A stretch of 64,000 nt of DNA. Origin: an uncultured bacterium. Lineage in GTDB: Bacteria; Actinomycetota; Thermoleophilia; Solirubrobacterales; 70-9. A model generated the notes under the pieces. It ran no database searches, had not been told where the DNA came from, and was given only the letters and a program-made list of their open reading frames with translations. The stretch lies in NCBI GenBank assembly GCA_963695215.1, contig OY968768.1, forward strand, positions 1,824,922-1,888,921, written 5' to 3'. Of the stretch, positions 8,093 through 17,189 are shown one piece after another (the first letter of the stretch is position 1; each line of letters starts with the position of its first letter). Position numbers and translations under genes: made by a program.

Positions 8093-9553
8093 CTACGACG
8101 CGACTACCGGCAGTTCTTCGAGCGCGAACTTGCCGTTCGCGCCGCCGGGGGCGCCGAGTGGGTATTCACCCGTGAAGCACGCATCACAATGAGATTCTCG
8201 CGGTGTGCCGACCGCCTCGTACACGCCGTCGAGGGACAGATAGGCAAGCGAGTCGGCTTGGAGCTCCTCGGCGATCTCGGCCTCTGTGCGGTTGTGGGCG
8301 ATCATCTCTTCGCGCGTGGACATGTCGACGCCGTAGTGGCAGGGGTTGCGGATCGGTGGCGCCGAGATGCGGAGATGAACCTCGGTGGCCCCGGCGTCGC
8401 GAAGCATGCCGACGATCTGGCGGGTCGTGTTGCCGCGGACGATCGAGTCGTCCACCACCACGACGCGCTTGCCGGAGAGGATCTCCGGAAGGGGGTTGAA
8501 CTTCATGCGCAGGCCGTGCTTTCGGAGCTCCTGTCCCGGTTGGATGAAGGTTCGCTGGACGTAGCGGTTCTTGATCAGACCGTCGTCTTTCGGGAGCCCG
8601 GCGGCGCGGGCAAAACCGGTGGCAGCAGGATTTCCGGAGTCGGGCACCGAGATGACCAGATCGGCCTCGACAGGCGCCTCGCGCCAGAGGATTTCGCCCA
8701 TCTTGCCTCGCACCTCCTGGAGCACCTGGCCCTCGAGCCGGGTGTCCGGACGGGAGAAGTAGATGTGTTCGAAAACGCAGTGGGCGCGCCGCTTGGGCTC
8801 GATGACCTGCCGCGTCTCAAGCCCGCGCTCGCCGATCGAAACCAGCTCGCCGGGCTCGATCTCACGCTCCAGCGTGGCGCCGATGATGTCGAAGGCGCAG
8901 CTCTCCGATGCGACGCACCAGCTGTCGCCGAGCTTGCCGAGCGAGAGGGGGCGCACTCCGTGCGGGTCGCGGAAGGCCACAACGGCTCGTTTGGTCATGA
9001 TCACCGTTGAGAACGCTCCGCGGAGTCTCGGCATGACGGCTTCTACGGCGTTCTCGATCGGGCGCTCCTCGGCGACAGACAGAAGTGCACAGATGATCTC
9101 TGAGTCAGACGTGCCCCTGAAGTGAAGCCCCCTTGCGGTCAGCTCGTTGTAGAGCTCGACCGCGTTGGTGAGATTGCCGTTGTGAGCGAGGGCGATCTCG
9201 CGGCCATCGTCTCGCCACACCGGCTGGGTGTTGTCCCATGACCCCCCGCCCGTTGTCGAGTAACGGACGTGACCGATCGCCATGTCTCCGTCGAGCGCGC
9301 GGAGTTTCTCCTCGTCGAAGACCTGAGACACAAGGCCGGTATCGCGGAGGGTGGTGATGTGACCGCCCTCGCACGTGGCGATGCCGGCCGACTCCTGGCC
9401 TCGGTGTTGAAGGGCGTACAACGCGAAGTAGGCGAGCTTGGCGACCTCCGAGTCCGGCGAGTAGACGCCGAACACCCCGCATTCGTCGCGGGGGCCATCC
9501 CGGTCGGGAACGGCTGATGAAGCCCCCTCGGGGGCACGTCCAGAAGAGCTCAT
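8093..9553 (-). CDS. purF: amidophosphoribosyltransferase
   Basis: Intact 486-aa ORF with the Ntn nucleophile context DECGVFGVYSP, then ALQHRGQESAGIA, and the PRTase motif RVVVVDDSIVRGNTTRQIV. Confidence 0.95.
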   Translation of the reverse strand: MSSSGRAPEGASSAVPDRDGPRDECGVFGVYSPDSEVAKLAYFALYALQHRGQESAGIATCEGGHITTLRDTGLVSQVFDEEKLRALDGDMAIGHVRYSTTGGGSWDNTQPVWRDDGREIALAHNGNLTNAVELYNELTARGLHFRGTSDSEIICALLSVAEERPIENAVEAVMPRLRGAFSTVIMTKRAVVAFRDPHGVRPLSLGKLGDSWCVASESCAFDIIGATLEREIEPGELVSIGERGLETRQVIEPKRRAHCVFEHIYFSRPDTRLEGQVLQEVRGKMGEILWREAPVEADLVISVPDSGNPAATGFARAAGLPKDDGLIKNRYVQRTFIQPGQELRKHGLRMKFNPLPEILSGKRVVVVDDSIVRGNTTRQIVGMLRDAGATEVHLRISAPPIRNPCHYGVDMSTREEMIAHNRTEAEIAEELQADSLAYLSLDGVYEAVGTPRESHCDACFTGEYPLGAPGGANGKFALEELPVVAS

Positions 9554-9711
9554 GAGGTGCTTCGCTTCGGTCTGATGGGGACTCGAGGAGCGGGCTTACG
9601 CCTTACCCGGTAAGGGTAGCGAGCGGGGCGGATCAGAAGCCGGGCGGCCCTCCTACCGGCGAGCGCCTACTTATGCCGGCTCTATCCAACTTTCTGGGCG
9701 CTCGCGGGGCC

Positions 9712-12000
9712 TCAGGCGACTGGTTCGGCGAAGCGCTCGGCGAGCGAACGCCACGCCGCCGCGGCCTCGGCGACGGGCACGCTCGGTTCCATCCATTCGG
9801 AGGAGATCTCGACTCGATCTCCGGCCGCGGAGCCGATCACCCAGGCGTCGACTCCGGCGTTCTTAGCGGCTCCCTGAAGATCGCGAATCCGCTCCTCGGG
9901 CCCAGCGGCGAGAAAGCCACCGGGCCCTTCGCCGAATAACGCGGATTCCGGGTCGCAGTTGCGGGTGCGGATCAGTGCATCGAGGTCGACCCGCGCGCCC
10001 ACCTCGCCCGCGATCGCCATTTCGGCCAGAGCGCAGGCCAGACCGCCGTCTGAGATGTCATGGACCGCGATGCCCCCCTCGCGAACCTGCCCGCGAACGA
10101 ACCCGAGCGCGGCAGCGTGCGTATCGGTGTCGATCTCCGGGAGGCCCTGGTCGAGCTCGCCGCGGCGCTTGGCCAGTTCCGAGCCCGCCAGGGCAGGAGA
10201 GAACGGTCCGACCAGGGCGATCGAATCTCCGCCTGTGAGGGCCAGGCCGCCCGCCTTTCCGACGTCCGGCAGCTCGCCGACCAGCGCGACAACCGGCGTG
10301 GGGTAGATCGGCCCGCGGTCGGTCTCGTTGTAGAGGGAGACATTGCCGCCGACGACTGGGATCGTGAGCGCGTTGCAGATATCGGCAAGGCCCTGTGTCG
10401 CGCGGTCGAGTTGCCAGGCGACGGTGGGCTTTTCGGGGTTGCCGAAATTGAGACAGTTGGTGAGGCCCAGCGGTTCGGCGCCGACGCAGGCGAGGTTCTG
10501 GGCGCATTCCAGAACGCCCTCGATGACCCCGACATAGGGATCGCAGGCGACACGCCGGCCGTTGCCATCGATTGAGACCCCGACGGCAGTGCCGGTCTCC
10601 GGAAGGTTGAGGACCGCGGCGTCCGCCGACTCGGGCCGGCGAACGGTGCGCGAACCCACGATCGAGTCGTACTGCTCGAACGCCCAGCGCTTGGAGGCGA
10701 TCGACGGAGACCCAAGAAGCGCAAGCAGTATCTCCCCGGGATCGTCCGTCTCGAGCGTCACCTCGTTGCCGTAGATCCACTCACCCGGGTCGGCGGGCTC
10801 GAGGTCGTAGAGCGGACAGCCGTCGACGAGCGCCTCCACCGGCATCTCGCCGGTCACCTCGTCACCACGAAGGACGCGGAAGAGCCCTGAGTCCGTCACC
10901 TCGCCCACGACCGCGGGAGCCGCCTGCCACTTGCGGCAGATCCCGAGCACCTCGTCGACCTTTCCGGGCTCGACGACCGCGAGCATGCGCTCCTGCGATT
11001 CGGAGACCATGATCTCGAACGGCTCCATGTCGGCCTCGCGAAGCGGCACCCGCCCGACGTCGATGTCGATACCGACGCCGCCCGCGGAAGCCATTTCGGC
11101 AGCGGACGACGTGAGGCCGGCCGCGCCGAGATCCTGGAGAGACACGAGAAGGCCCTTGTCGAGGAGCTCGAGACAACACTCGACGAGCTTCGACTCCTCG
11201 AAGGGATCGCCGATCTGCACCGTGGGCCGCTTCGACTCGTCAGCCTCGTCCAGCTCGGCCGACGCGAGAACCGACGCGCCGCCGATCCCGTCGCGGCCCG
11301 TCGATGCGCCCATCAGCACCACCTGGTTCCCGACGCCGGCGGCGGCGGCGCGAACCATCGCATCAGTTTTGGCAAACCCCACGCACATCGCGTTCACCAG
11401 GCAGTTCTGCTCGTAGGGCGGTTCGAAGTAGACCTCCCCGCCGACCGTTGGCACCCCGATCGAGTTGCCGTAATGCCCGATTCCGGCGACGACGTGGTCG
11501 AAGAGATAGCGCGAGCGCTCTGACGTCAGCTCGCCGAAACGCAGCGAGTCGAGGATCGCGATCGGCCGGGCCCCGAGCGCAAAGACATCACGAAGGATGC
11601 CGCCGACGCCGGTGGCCGCCCCCTGGAACGGCTCGACCGCCGACGGATGGTTGTGGGACTCGACCTTGAAGGCGACCGAGTAGCCGGAGCCGACGTCGAC
11701 GGCGCCGGCGTTCTCGCCCGGCCCCATCACGACGCGCGGGCCGTCGGTCGGCAGGCGGCCGAGGAGCTTTCGCGAGTGCTTATACGCGCAATGCTCGGAC
11801 CAGAGCAGCGAGAACATCGCGAGCTCGACGTCGTTCGGCGCGCGGCCGAGCTTCTCGTTGATCAGCTCGAACTCGGAGTCGGTGAGTCCGAGGTCACGGT
11901 GCTTTGCGGTGGTGGGTTCGCTCACGGAAGGGGCGACTCTACCCGCGGGGGTGGCCGCACTTCCCTTCGATAATCGAACTTCTTGGCGGTACCCACTCAC
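9712..12000 (-). CDS. purL: phosphoribosylformylglycinamidine synthase subunit PurL
   Basis: Intact 762-aa ORF: HRDLGLTDSEFELINEKLGRAPNDVELAMFSLLWSEHCAYKHS..VESHNHPSAVEPFQGAATGVGGILRD. Both candidate starts are GTG (12000 or 11925) and neither has a clear RBS. Confidence 0.93.
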   Translation of the reverse strand: MSGYRQEVRLSKGSAATPAGRVAPSVSEPTTAKHRDLGLTDSEFELINEKLGRAPNDVELAMFSLLWSEHCAYKHSRKLLGRLPTDGPRVVMGPGENAGAVDVGSGYSVAFKVESHNHPSAVEPFQGAATGVGGILRDVFALGARPIAILDSLRFGELTSERSRYLFDHVVAGIGHYGNSIGVPTVGGEVYFEPPYEQNCLVNAMCVGFAKTDAMVRAAAAGVGNQVVLMGASTGRDGIGGASVLASAELDEADESKRPTVQIGDPFEESKLVECCLELLDKGLLVSLQDLGAAGLTSSAAEMASAGGVGIDIDVGRVPLREADMEPFEIMVSESQERMLAVVEPGKVDEVLGICRKWQAAPAVVGEVTDSGLFRVLRGDEVTGEMPVEALVDGCPLYDLEPADPGEWIYGNEVTLETDDPGEILLALLGSPSIASKRWAFEQYDSIVGSRTVRRPESADAAVLNLPETGTAVGVSIDGNGRRVACDPYVGVIEGVLECAQNLACVGAEPLGLTNCLNFGNPEKPTVAWQLDRATQGLADICNALTIPVVGGNVSLYNETDRGPIYPTPVVALVGELPDVGKAGGLALTGGDSIALVGPFSPALAGSELAKRRGELDQGLPEIDTDTHAAALGFVRGQVREGGIAVHDISDGGLACALAEMAIAGEVGARVDLDALIRTRNCDPESALFGEGPGGFLAAGPEERIRDLQGAAKNAGVDAWVIGSAAGDRVEISSEWMEPSVPVAEAAAAWRSLAERFAEPVA

Positions 12001-12016
12001 CGCAAGGGTGAGTCAT

Positions 12017-12974
12017 CTATGACGAGAGCTCGTAGCCCAGTTCCTCGAGCATCGGCCCTGCGATGCGCTCGTAGGACGCGATCTCTTCCTCGGTCATCTT
12101 GTGGCGCCACGCCTCGAGGCGGTCCTCCCGGGGCGGCTCCTTCGCGAGCCTGTGCGACTCCATCCGAGCCTCGGCGGGCTGGGTAGGACCATGGCGGCGC
12201 ACGAGATCGACGTTCTTCTCCTGCAGGCGCTCTTCCGCGCGCTCGTGGTAATTGAGCATCGCCGGGTCGAAGTCGAGGTCGATGAGGCCGCAGACCTTGC
12301 GAAGGGTTCCCTCGGTGTCGCGGACGAGATCCTCGAATTTGACCTCGTGGTAGTGCTCGACCTTCGGCGCGATTCGCCGCGCCTTGCCGATGCGATCGGA
12401 CCAGAGCTGCGCAGACTCCTCGTAGGTCTCGGGACCCCAGTTCATTCGCATGTGGGAGAGGGAGACATCGCGGCCGTCGCGGATGATGTGGATGAAGCGC
12501 GCTTCGGGCAGGGTGCGCTGGATTCGCACCATGTCCTTGATGTAGCCGGGGGTCTTGTCGCCGTAGCGGGTCTTGCCCTCGCGCTCCGCGTAGAGCCTGA
12601 TAGAAGGCGCGGATCGCTTCGGTTGCGTTGCCGCGTTCTATGTGCCGCAGAGCGCTCGCGAAGCGCGTCTGCGTCGAGGTGAAACTCCTGCCAGCGCTTG
12701 GAGCCGATGACCAGATCTCGCGAGTTCGTCCGGCTTCAGCCGGTGCTGTTCGAGACGCCGGATCATCTTCGGAACCCAGTGCGTCTCGCCGGGGATGGCC
12801 ATGTCCGGATGCGAGTCGAGCATCAGGCGGATGAGCGTCGTGCCCGAGCGCGTGACCCCGCAAACGAACGGCGCCGGGGGCGGCACCGGTGCGTCGCTGA
12901 CCAGCCGCCGCTTGGCGACGATGATGCGGGCGCGCTTCTCTCAGCTTCCGGTACCTGCTCACGAGCGCGGCCAT
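12017..12974 (-). pseudogene. sulfotransferase ST1 (TPST/RaxST-like, Sulfotransfer_3-type), at least 4 frame changes as sequenced
   Basis: Pieces lie in different frames. They read MAALVSRYRKLRE / KRARIIVAKRRLVSDAPVPPPAPFVCGVTRSGTTLIRLMLDSHPDMAIPGETHW / SKRWQEFHLDADALRE / GNATEAIRAFYQ / MVRIQRTLPEARFIHIIRDGRDV..EVKFEDLVRDTEGTLRKVCGLIDLDFDPAMLNYHE..LEAWRHKMTEEEIASYERIAGPMLEELGYELSS. Confidence 0.8.
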
Positions 12975-12976
12975 TT

Positions 12977-14110
12977 CTAGCAGCGCCTCGAAGCCGCGAA
13001 CGGTGTGCTCCCACGCGCGCTCGCCGTCGCGAGAGCTCGAGCGCGCCGGCGCTCAGCCTCGCTCGCAGCTCGTCGTCTTCGGCCAGCCGGTCGATCGCCG
13101 CGGCCATCGCGGGGGTGTCGAAGGCGTGCGCGGGGATGCCCGAGCTTGGCCTCGCCGACGGGAATCGACGGAATCGTCAGGCCGTTCTTCCCATCGAGCG
13201 TGATTTCGTTCATCGGTGCGACGGCATTGGTGATCGCGGGCTGGCCGAAAGCCACTGCCTCGTAGAGGGGAAGGCCAAGACCCTCCCAGCGTGCGGGCGA
13301 CAGCGTTACGTCGGCGGCCGCGACCGTCTCCAGGTGCTGGCGTGTCGGCTCGTCGGCGATCCGCAGTTCGATTCGCGGGTCCTCGGCAGCGGCACGCTCG
13401 GCGTCGGCAAGGCGTTCGCGCTCAACCTGCGCCTTCACGATCAGCCGGGCCTTGTCGGACTGCACGTTCTGCCACGCCTCCAGCACCGGCTCGAGCGGCT
13501 TTCGCCTGCCGAGGAAACCGCCTGTGAACACGAACGTGACCAGCCCTTCCGAAGAGGGCGTCCCACGCTGCCCCGCATAGGGATCAGTGTGGGACGCACT
13601 TCGCCGTTCGGCGACCGACTCGGCTACGTCGATCAGCTCGGGATGACAACCCCACGGCACGTATGGAGTCTCGAGCCCCATCTCGCGATAGCGCTCCTGC
13701 TCGGCGCGGGTCATCGAGAAGACGACGTCGTACGCGTTGCGGGCTCCTTCGAGGTGGTCCGATGTGAAGTGCTCCCAGACGAAACGGCCGATCACCTTGA
13801 CGCCGCGGGAGCGCAGCTCGGCGAGCTCTGAGAAGCCGTAGTTCTGGTCGCACAGGATCGTCTCGATGCCCTCGCGCTCGACCCACTCGGTGTAGTCGGC
13901 GAGCGGGATGTCGTACTGCGAAGCCTCGGTCACCCCAGGCTGGTCCCAGACGTCGTCGCGCGAGAGCGCGCCTGGCTGGGGCCCGCGCTCCTTCTTCGGC
14001 CGGGCGAGCACGAATGTCTCGTGCCCAAGCGCGTCGATTGCCGAGCGCGTGTGCCGGCCCACCACGGGCTGCCCGCGGTTGAACCACTTGGTGACGACTC
14101 CGATTCGCAC
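12977..14110 (-). CDS. GT4/GT1-like glycosyltransferase, paralogue GT-a (C-terminal about 60 codons out of frame relative to paralogues)
   Basis: VRIGVVTKWFNRGQPVVGRHTRSAIDALGHETFVLAR..RWEGLGLPLYEAVAFGQPAITNAVAPMNE. The conserved tail (AAIDRLAEDDELRARL.. then WEHTVRGFEALLE) lies in two other frames. GTG 14110 overlaps the GT-b TAG stop. Confidence 0.75.
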   Translation of the reverse strand: MRIGVVTKWFNRGQPVVGRHTRSAIDALGHETFVLARPKKERGPQPGALSRDDVWDQPGVTEASQYDIPLADYTEWVEREGIETILCDQNYGFSELAELRSRGVKVIGRFVWEHFTSDHLEGARNAYDVVFSMTRAEQERYREMGLETPYVPWGCHPELIDVAESVAERRSASHTDPYAGQRGTPSSEGLVTFVFTGGFLGRRKPLEPVLEAWQNVQSDKARLIVKAQVERERLADAERAAAEDPRIELRIADEPTRQHLETVAAADVTLSPARWEGLGLPLYEAVAFGQPAITNAVAPMNEITLDGKNGLTIPSIPVGEAKLGHPRARLRHPRDGRGDRPAGRRRRAASEAERRRARALATASARGSTPFAASRRC

Positions 14111-15193
14111 TACGAGACGAGTCTCATGAGCTCGCCGTAACCCTCGACGGTGCGCGCCCATGAACGCTCGCCCTCGCGCAGCTCGCGGGCGCCGGCTGCC
14201 AGCTCGGCGCGGTTCTCGTCGTCGGCGATGCGGTCGATGGCCTGGGTGAGCTCTCCGGGATCCGGGCTCCACGAGGTGATTCCCGAACGCGCCGTGCCCT
14301 CGACCGTCGCGCTAACGAGGTAACCATTTTCGCCGTCGATCACGGCCTCGTTCATCGGCGCGTTGTCGTTGGTGATCGCCGGTTGGCCGAAGGCGATCGC
14401 CTCGTAGAGCGGGAGACCAAGGCCCTCCCAGCGGGTGGGGGTGAGGCAGACGTCGCATCCGGCGACGAAGCTGAGGTGCTGGTCGGTCGGCTGATCTTCG
14501 ATCAGGACCTGGATGCGCTCGTCGGCGTCCGCCGCCTTCTGCGAGCTTGCCCTCCTTGCGCGCCGTCTGGCCCTTGATGATCAGCCGCAGGCGCTCGTCC
14601 TTGGTCGCCATGAACCCCTCGAGCATCTCGTCGAGCGGCTTGCGGCGTCCCATGAAGCTTCCGGGCACGAGCAGACGTACGAGGCCGTCGTCTGAGCGCT
14701 GCGGCTCGACGGCGAGAAGCTCGGGGTGGCAGCCCCAGGTGACGTAAGGGCTGTCGATTCCCATCTTGCGGTAGCGCTCCTGCTCGCCGCGGTGGAGCGA
14801 GTAGACGACGTCAAGAGCTTCCTGCGCTCCCGCAACGTGCTCGTCGTCGAAATGCTCCCAGACGAAGCGGCCGATGGTCTTGACGCCGTCGGCGCGAAGC
14901 GCCGCAAGCTCATCGAACTGGTAGAGGTTGTCCGTCATGACGACGTCGAGCGAGTTGTCTGCGACCCACTGGCGATAGGTCTCGAGCGGCACGTCGGACT
15001 CGCCCGTCTCGGTCACGCCCGGCTGGTCCCAGATGGGATCGGGCACGTCGGTTTCAATCCCGGAGCGGGGGCCTGTTCCTTCACGGGCGAGGATGAAGGT
15101 CTCGTGACCGAGCTCGTCGAGCGCCGAGCGCACGTAGCGCGAGACCACTGCCTGGCCTGACGCGAACCACTTGGTGACGATGCCGACCCGCAT
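14110..15193 (-). pseudogene. GT4/GT1-like glycosyltransferase, paralogue GT-b (one apparent 1-nt insertion near 14537)
   Basis: MRVGIVTKWFASGQAVVSRYVRSALDELGHETFILAR..RLIIKGQTARKEGKLAE, then a frame change, then ADADERIQVLIEDQPTDQHLSFVAGCDVCLTPTRWEGLGLPLYEAIAFGQPAITNDNAPMNEAVIDGENGYL. The length is 3n+1. Confidence 0.8.
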
Positions 15194-16181
15194 CAACCCG
15201 CACGGCACATGCGCTTTGCCCTAAGGTGCTCATCAAGCATCCGACTGCGCGCGTCGACCGGCTCGCCGACCGGATAGCCCAGCTCTTCGAGGAGGTCGCC
15301 CGCGACCTCTTCGAACTCCTGGCGCTGCTCCTCGGTCATCTGCTTTCGCCAGCGCTGGACGCGATCTGCGCTCGGGCGGCTTTGTCGTCATCTCGTGGGT
15401 CTTCAGGCGCCGCTCGACCGAAAGCTCCTTCGACTTGCCGCCGCCGGGGAGCGCGCGAGCCATCTCCTGAAGGCGGTCGGCGGAGCGCTCGTGGTAGGTG
15501 AGGAGCTCGTCCTGCCACGGAAGCTCGAAGAAATCGCAGACGCTGCGAAGGACCGGCTCGGTGTCGAGGATCAGGTCCTCGTAGCGGATCTCCATGTAGT
15601 GCTCGAGCTGCGGGGGAGTCCTCGCGAGCCTTCGTGACCTTCTTCTGCCAGCGCTTGGCGACGTCGCCGGCGGTCAGGTCGCGAACGGTGCGGTCAAGAC
15701 CGAAAGCGCAACGTCGCGCCCGTCGCGGATCACGTGGCAGAAGCGCGCCTCGGGAAGGGCGCGCTGAATCAGCTTCATCTTCTGGACGTAGGTGGGAGTC
15801 TTCTCGCCGTAGCGCGGCTTGCCCTGACGCTCGGCGTAGATCTCGTAGAACGAGCGGACCGCGGGGCCCGGCCTTCAGCTTGGGAAGCGCGTTGAAGTGG
15901 CCGAGCATCTCCTCGTCGGAGATCTCGAAGTCGCCCCACTCGCGGTGCGCCTTCATGGCCTCGAGCACGCTCTCGGGCGTGGAGCCGTCGGCCTTTGCCG
16001 CTTTGATCATGTCCGGCACGAAGTGGGTCTCGGGCGGGATCGTGAGGTCCGTATGGGCGTCGAGCATCATGCGCAGGAGCGTCGTGCCCGAGCGGTTCAT
16101 GCCGACGACGAAGGGGAATGGAGCGCGGCTGGTGCCGCGCCGAAGGAAGGATGGGACCAGGACTGCCATAGCGGCTGCCAA
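15193..16181 (-). pseudogene. sulfotransferase ST2 (TPST-like), several frame changes
   Basis: PFPFVVGMNRSGTTLLRMMLDAHTDLTIPPETHF..HREWGDFEISDEEML.. / EIRYEDLILDTEPVLRSVCDFFELPWQDELLTYHE.. / ADRVQRWRKQMTEEQRQEFEEVAGDLLEELGYPVGE. TGA 15193-15195 overlaps the GT-b ATG (ATGA). Confidence 0.8.
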
Positions 16182-16184
16182 AGC

Positions 16185-17146
16185 CTACGAGGACGAAGCT
16201 CGGGCGTAGCCGAGATCGTCCAGAAGCTCGCCCGCCACCTCCTCGAACTCCGCCTGGTCCACGGCGCTCATGTCCTCGCGCCAGACCTCGATCCGCTCCT
16301 TGGTCGGCGGCTTGGTGGCCAGCGCGTGGGCCTTGAGGCGCTCGCCCGCGTCGCGCTCGGGCCGGCCGTCCTGGCGGGCATGGCGCCCGCCATCTCCGAG
16401 AGGCGGTCGGCAGCAGTCTCGTGGTAGCGGAGCATCCTGCGGCTCGAAGTCGATCTCGATGAAATCGCAGACCTTCCGCAAGGTCGGCTCGGTGTCGGCG
16501 ACGAGGTCCTCGTAGCGGATCTCCAGGTAGCTCGCCGAGCTTGGGGCCGTCGGCGCGAGCCTTCTCGATCCGGTTGCGCCAGCGCCGGGCCGAGCGCGCG
16601 GCCGGCAGCGGGTCGCGGTGGCCGCGCTCGGCGATGCGCCTGTTGTTCGAAAGCGTCACGTCGCGCCCGTCGCGGATCACGTGGATGAACCGCGCCTCGG
16701 GCAAGACGCGGTCGATCCGGCGCATCGCTTTACGTAGTCGGGCGTCTTGTCGCCCCACCGCGGCTTGCCCTGCTTCTCGGCGTAGAGCTCGTAGAACGCG
16801 CGAAGCGCATCCGAGGTGTTGAAGCGTGGGATCGCCTCGAAGCGGTCGAGCAGCTCGTCCTGTTCAAGTCCGAAGTCGTTCCAGCGCCGGTGCTCGTCCT
16901 CGACGATCGCGTCAAGCGCAAGGCGCGGGTTGAACCGAAGGCGCCCCGACGTGTCGTGGAGGCTCTGGAAGAAGTGGGTCTCCGGCGGCATGGCGACCTC
17001 TGAGGCCGGCGTCGAGCATCAGGCGCAAAAGCGTCGTGCCGGAGCGGCCGACGCCGACGATGAACGGGCGCGGGAGCGCCAGGCTCGGCGCTGCCGCGAA
17101 GCCGCCGCGGGCGCAGGCGCTTCGCGATGGCGGAGTCGTTCGCCAT
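16185..17146 (-). pseudogene. sulfotransferase ST3 (TPST-like), several frame changes
   Basis: MANDSAIAKRLRPRRL / LPRPFIVGVGRSGTTLLRLMLDA / PPETHFFQSL..HRRWNDFGLEQDELLDRF..FYELYAEKQGKPRWGDKTPDY / RRIDRVLPEARFIHVIRDGRDVTLS / RKVCDFIEIDFEP / KERIEVWREDMSAVDQAEFEEVAGELLDDLGYA, spread over three frames. Confidence 0.75.
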
Positions 17147-17189
17147 GGGCCGGGAAAGGCTAGCCCCGGCTCGCGGCCAGCGAGGCGAT

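Noticed and set aside
9554-9711. ZTP (pfl) or other purine-pathway riboswitch upstream of purF
   Set aside because: I looked for the conserved pfl elements as I remember them (GGGTCGTGACTGGCG.. and ..CCGCCTGGGCA) on the minus strand and found no convincing match. Only generic GC-rich hairpins are present.
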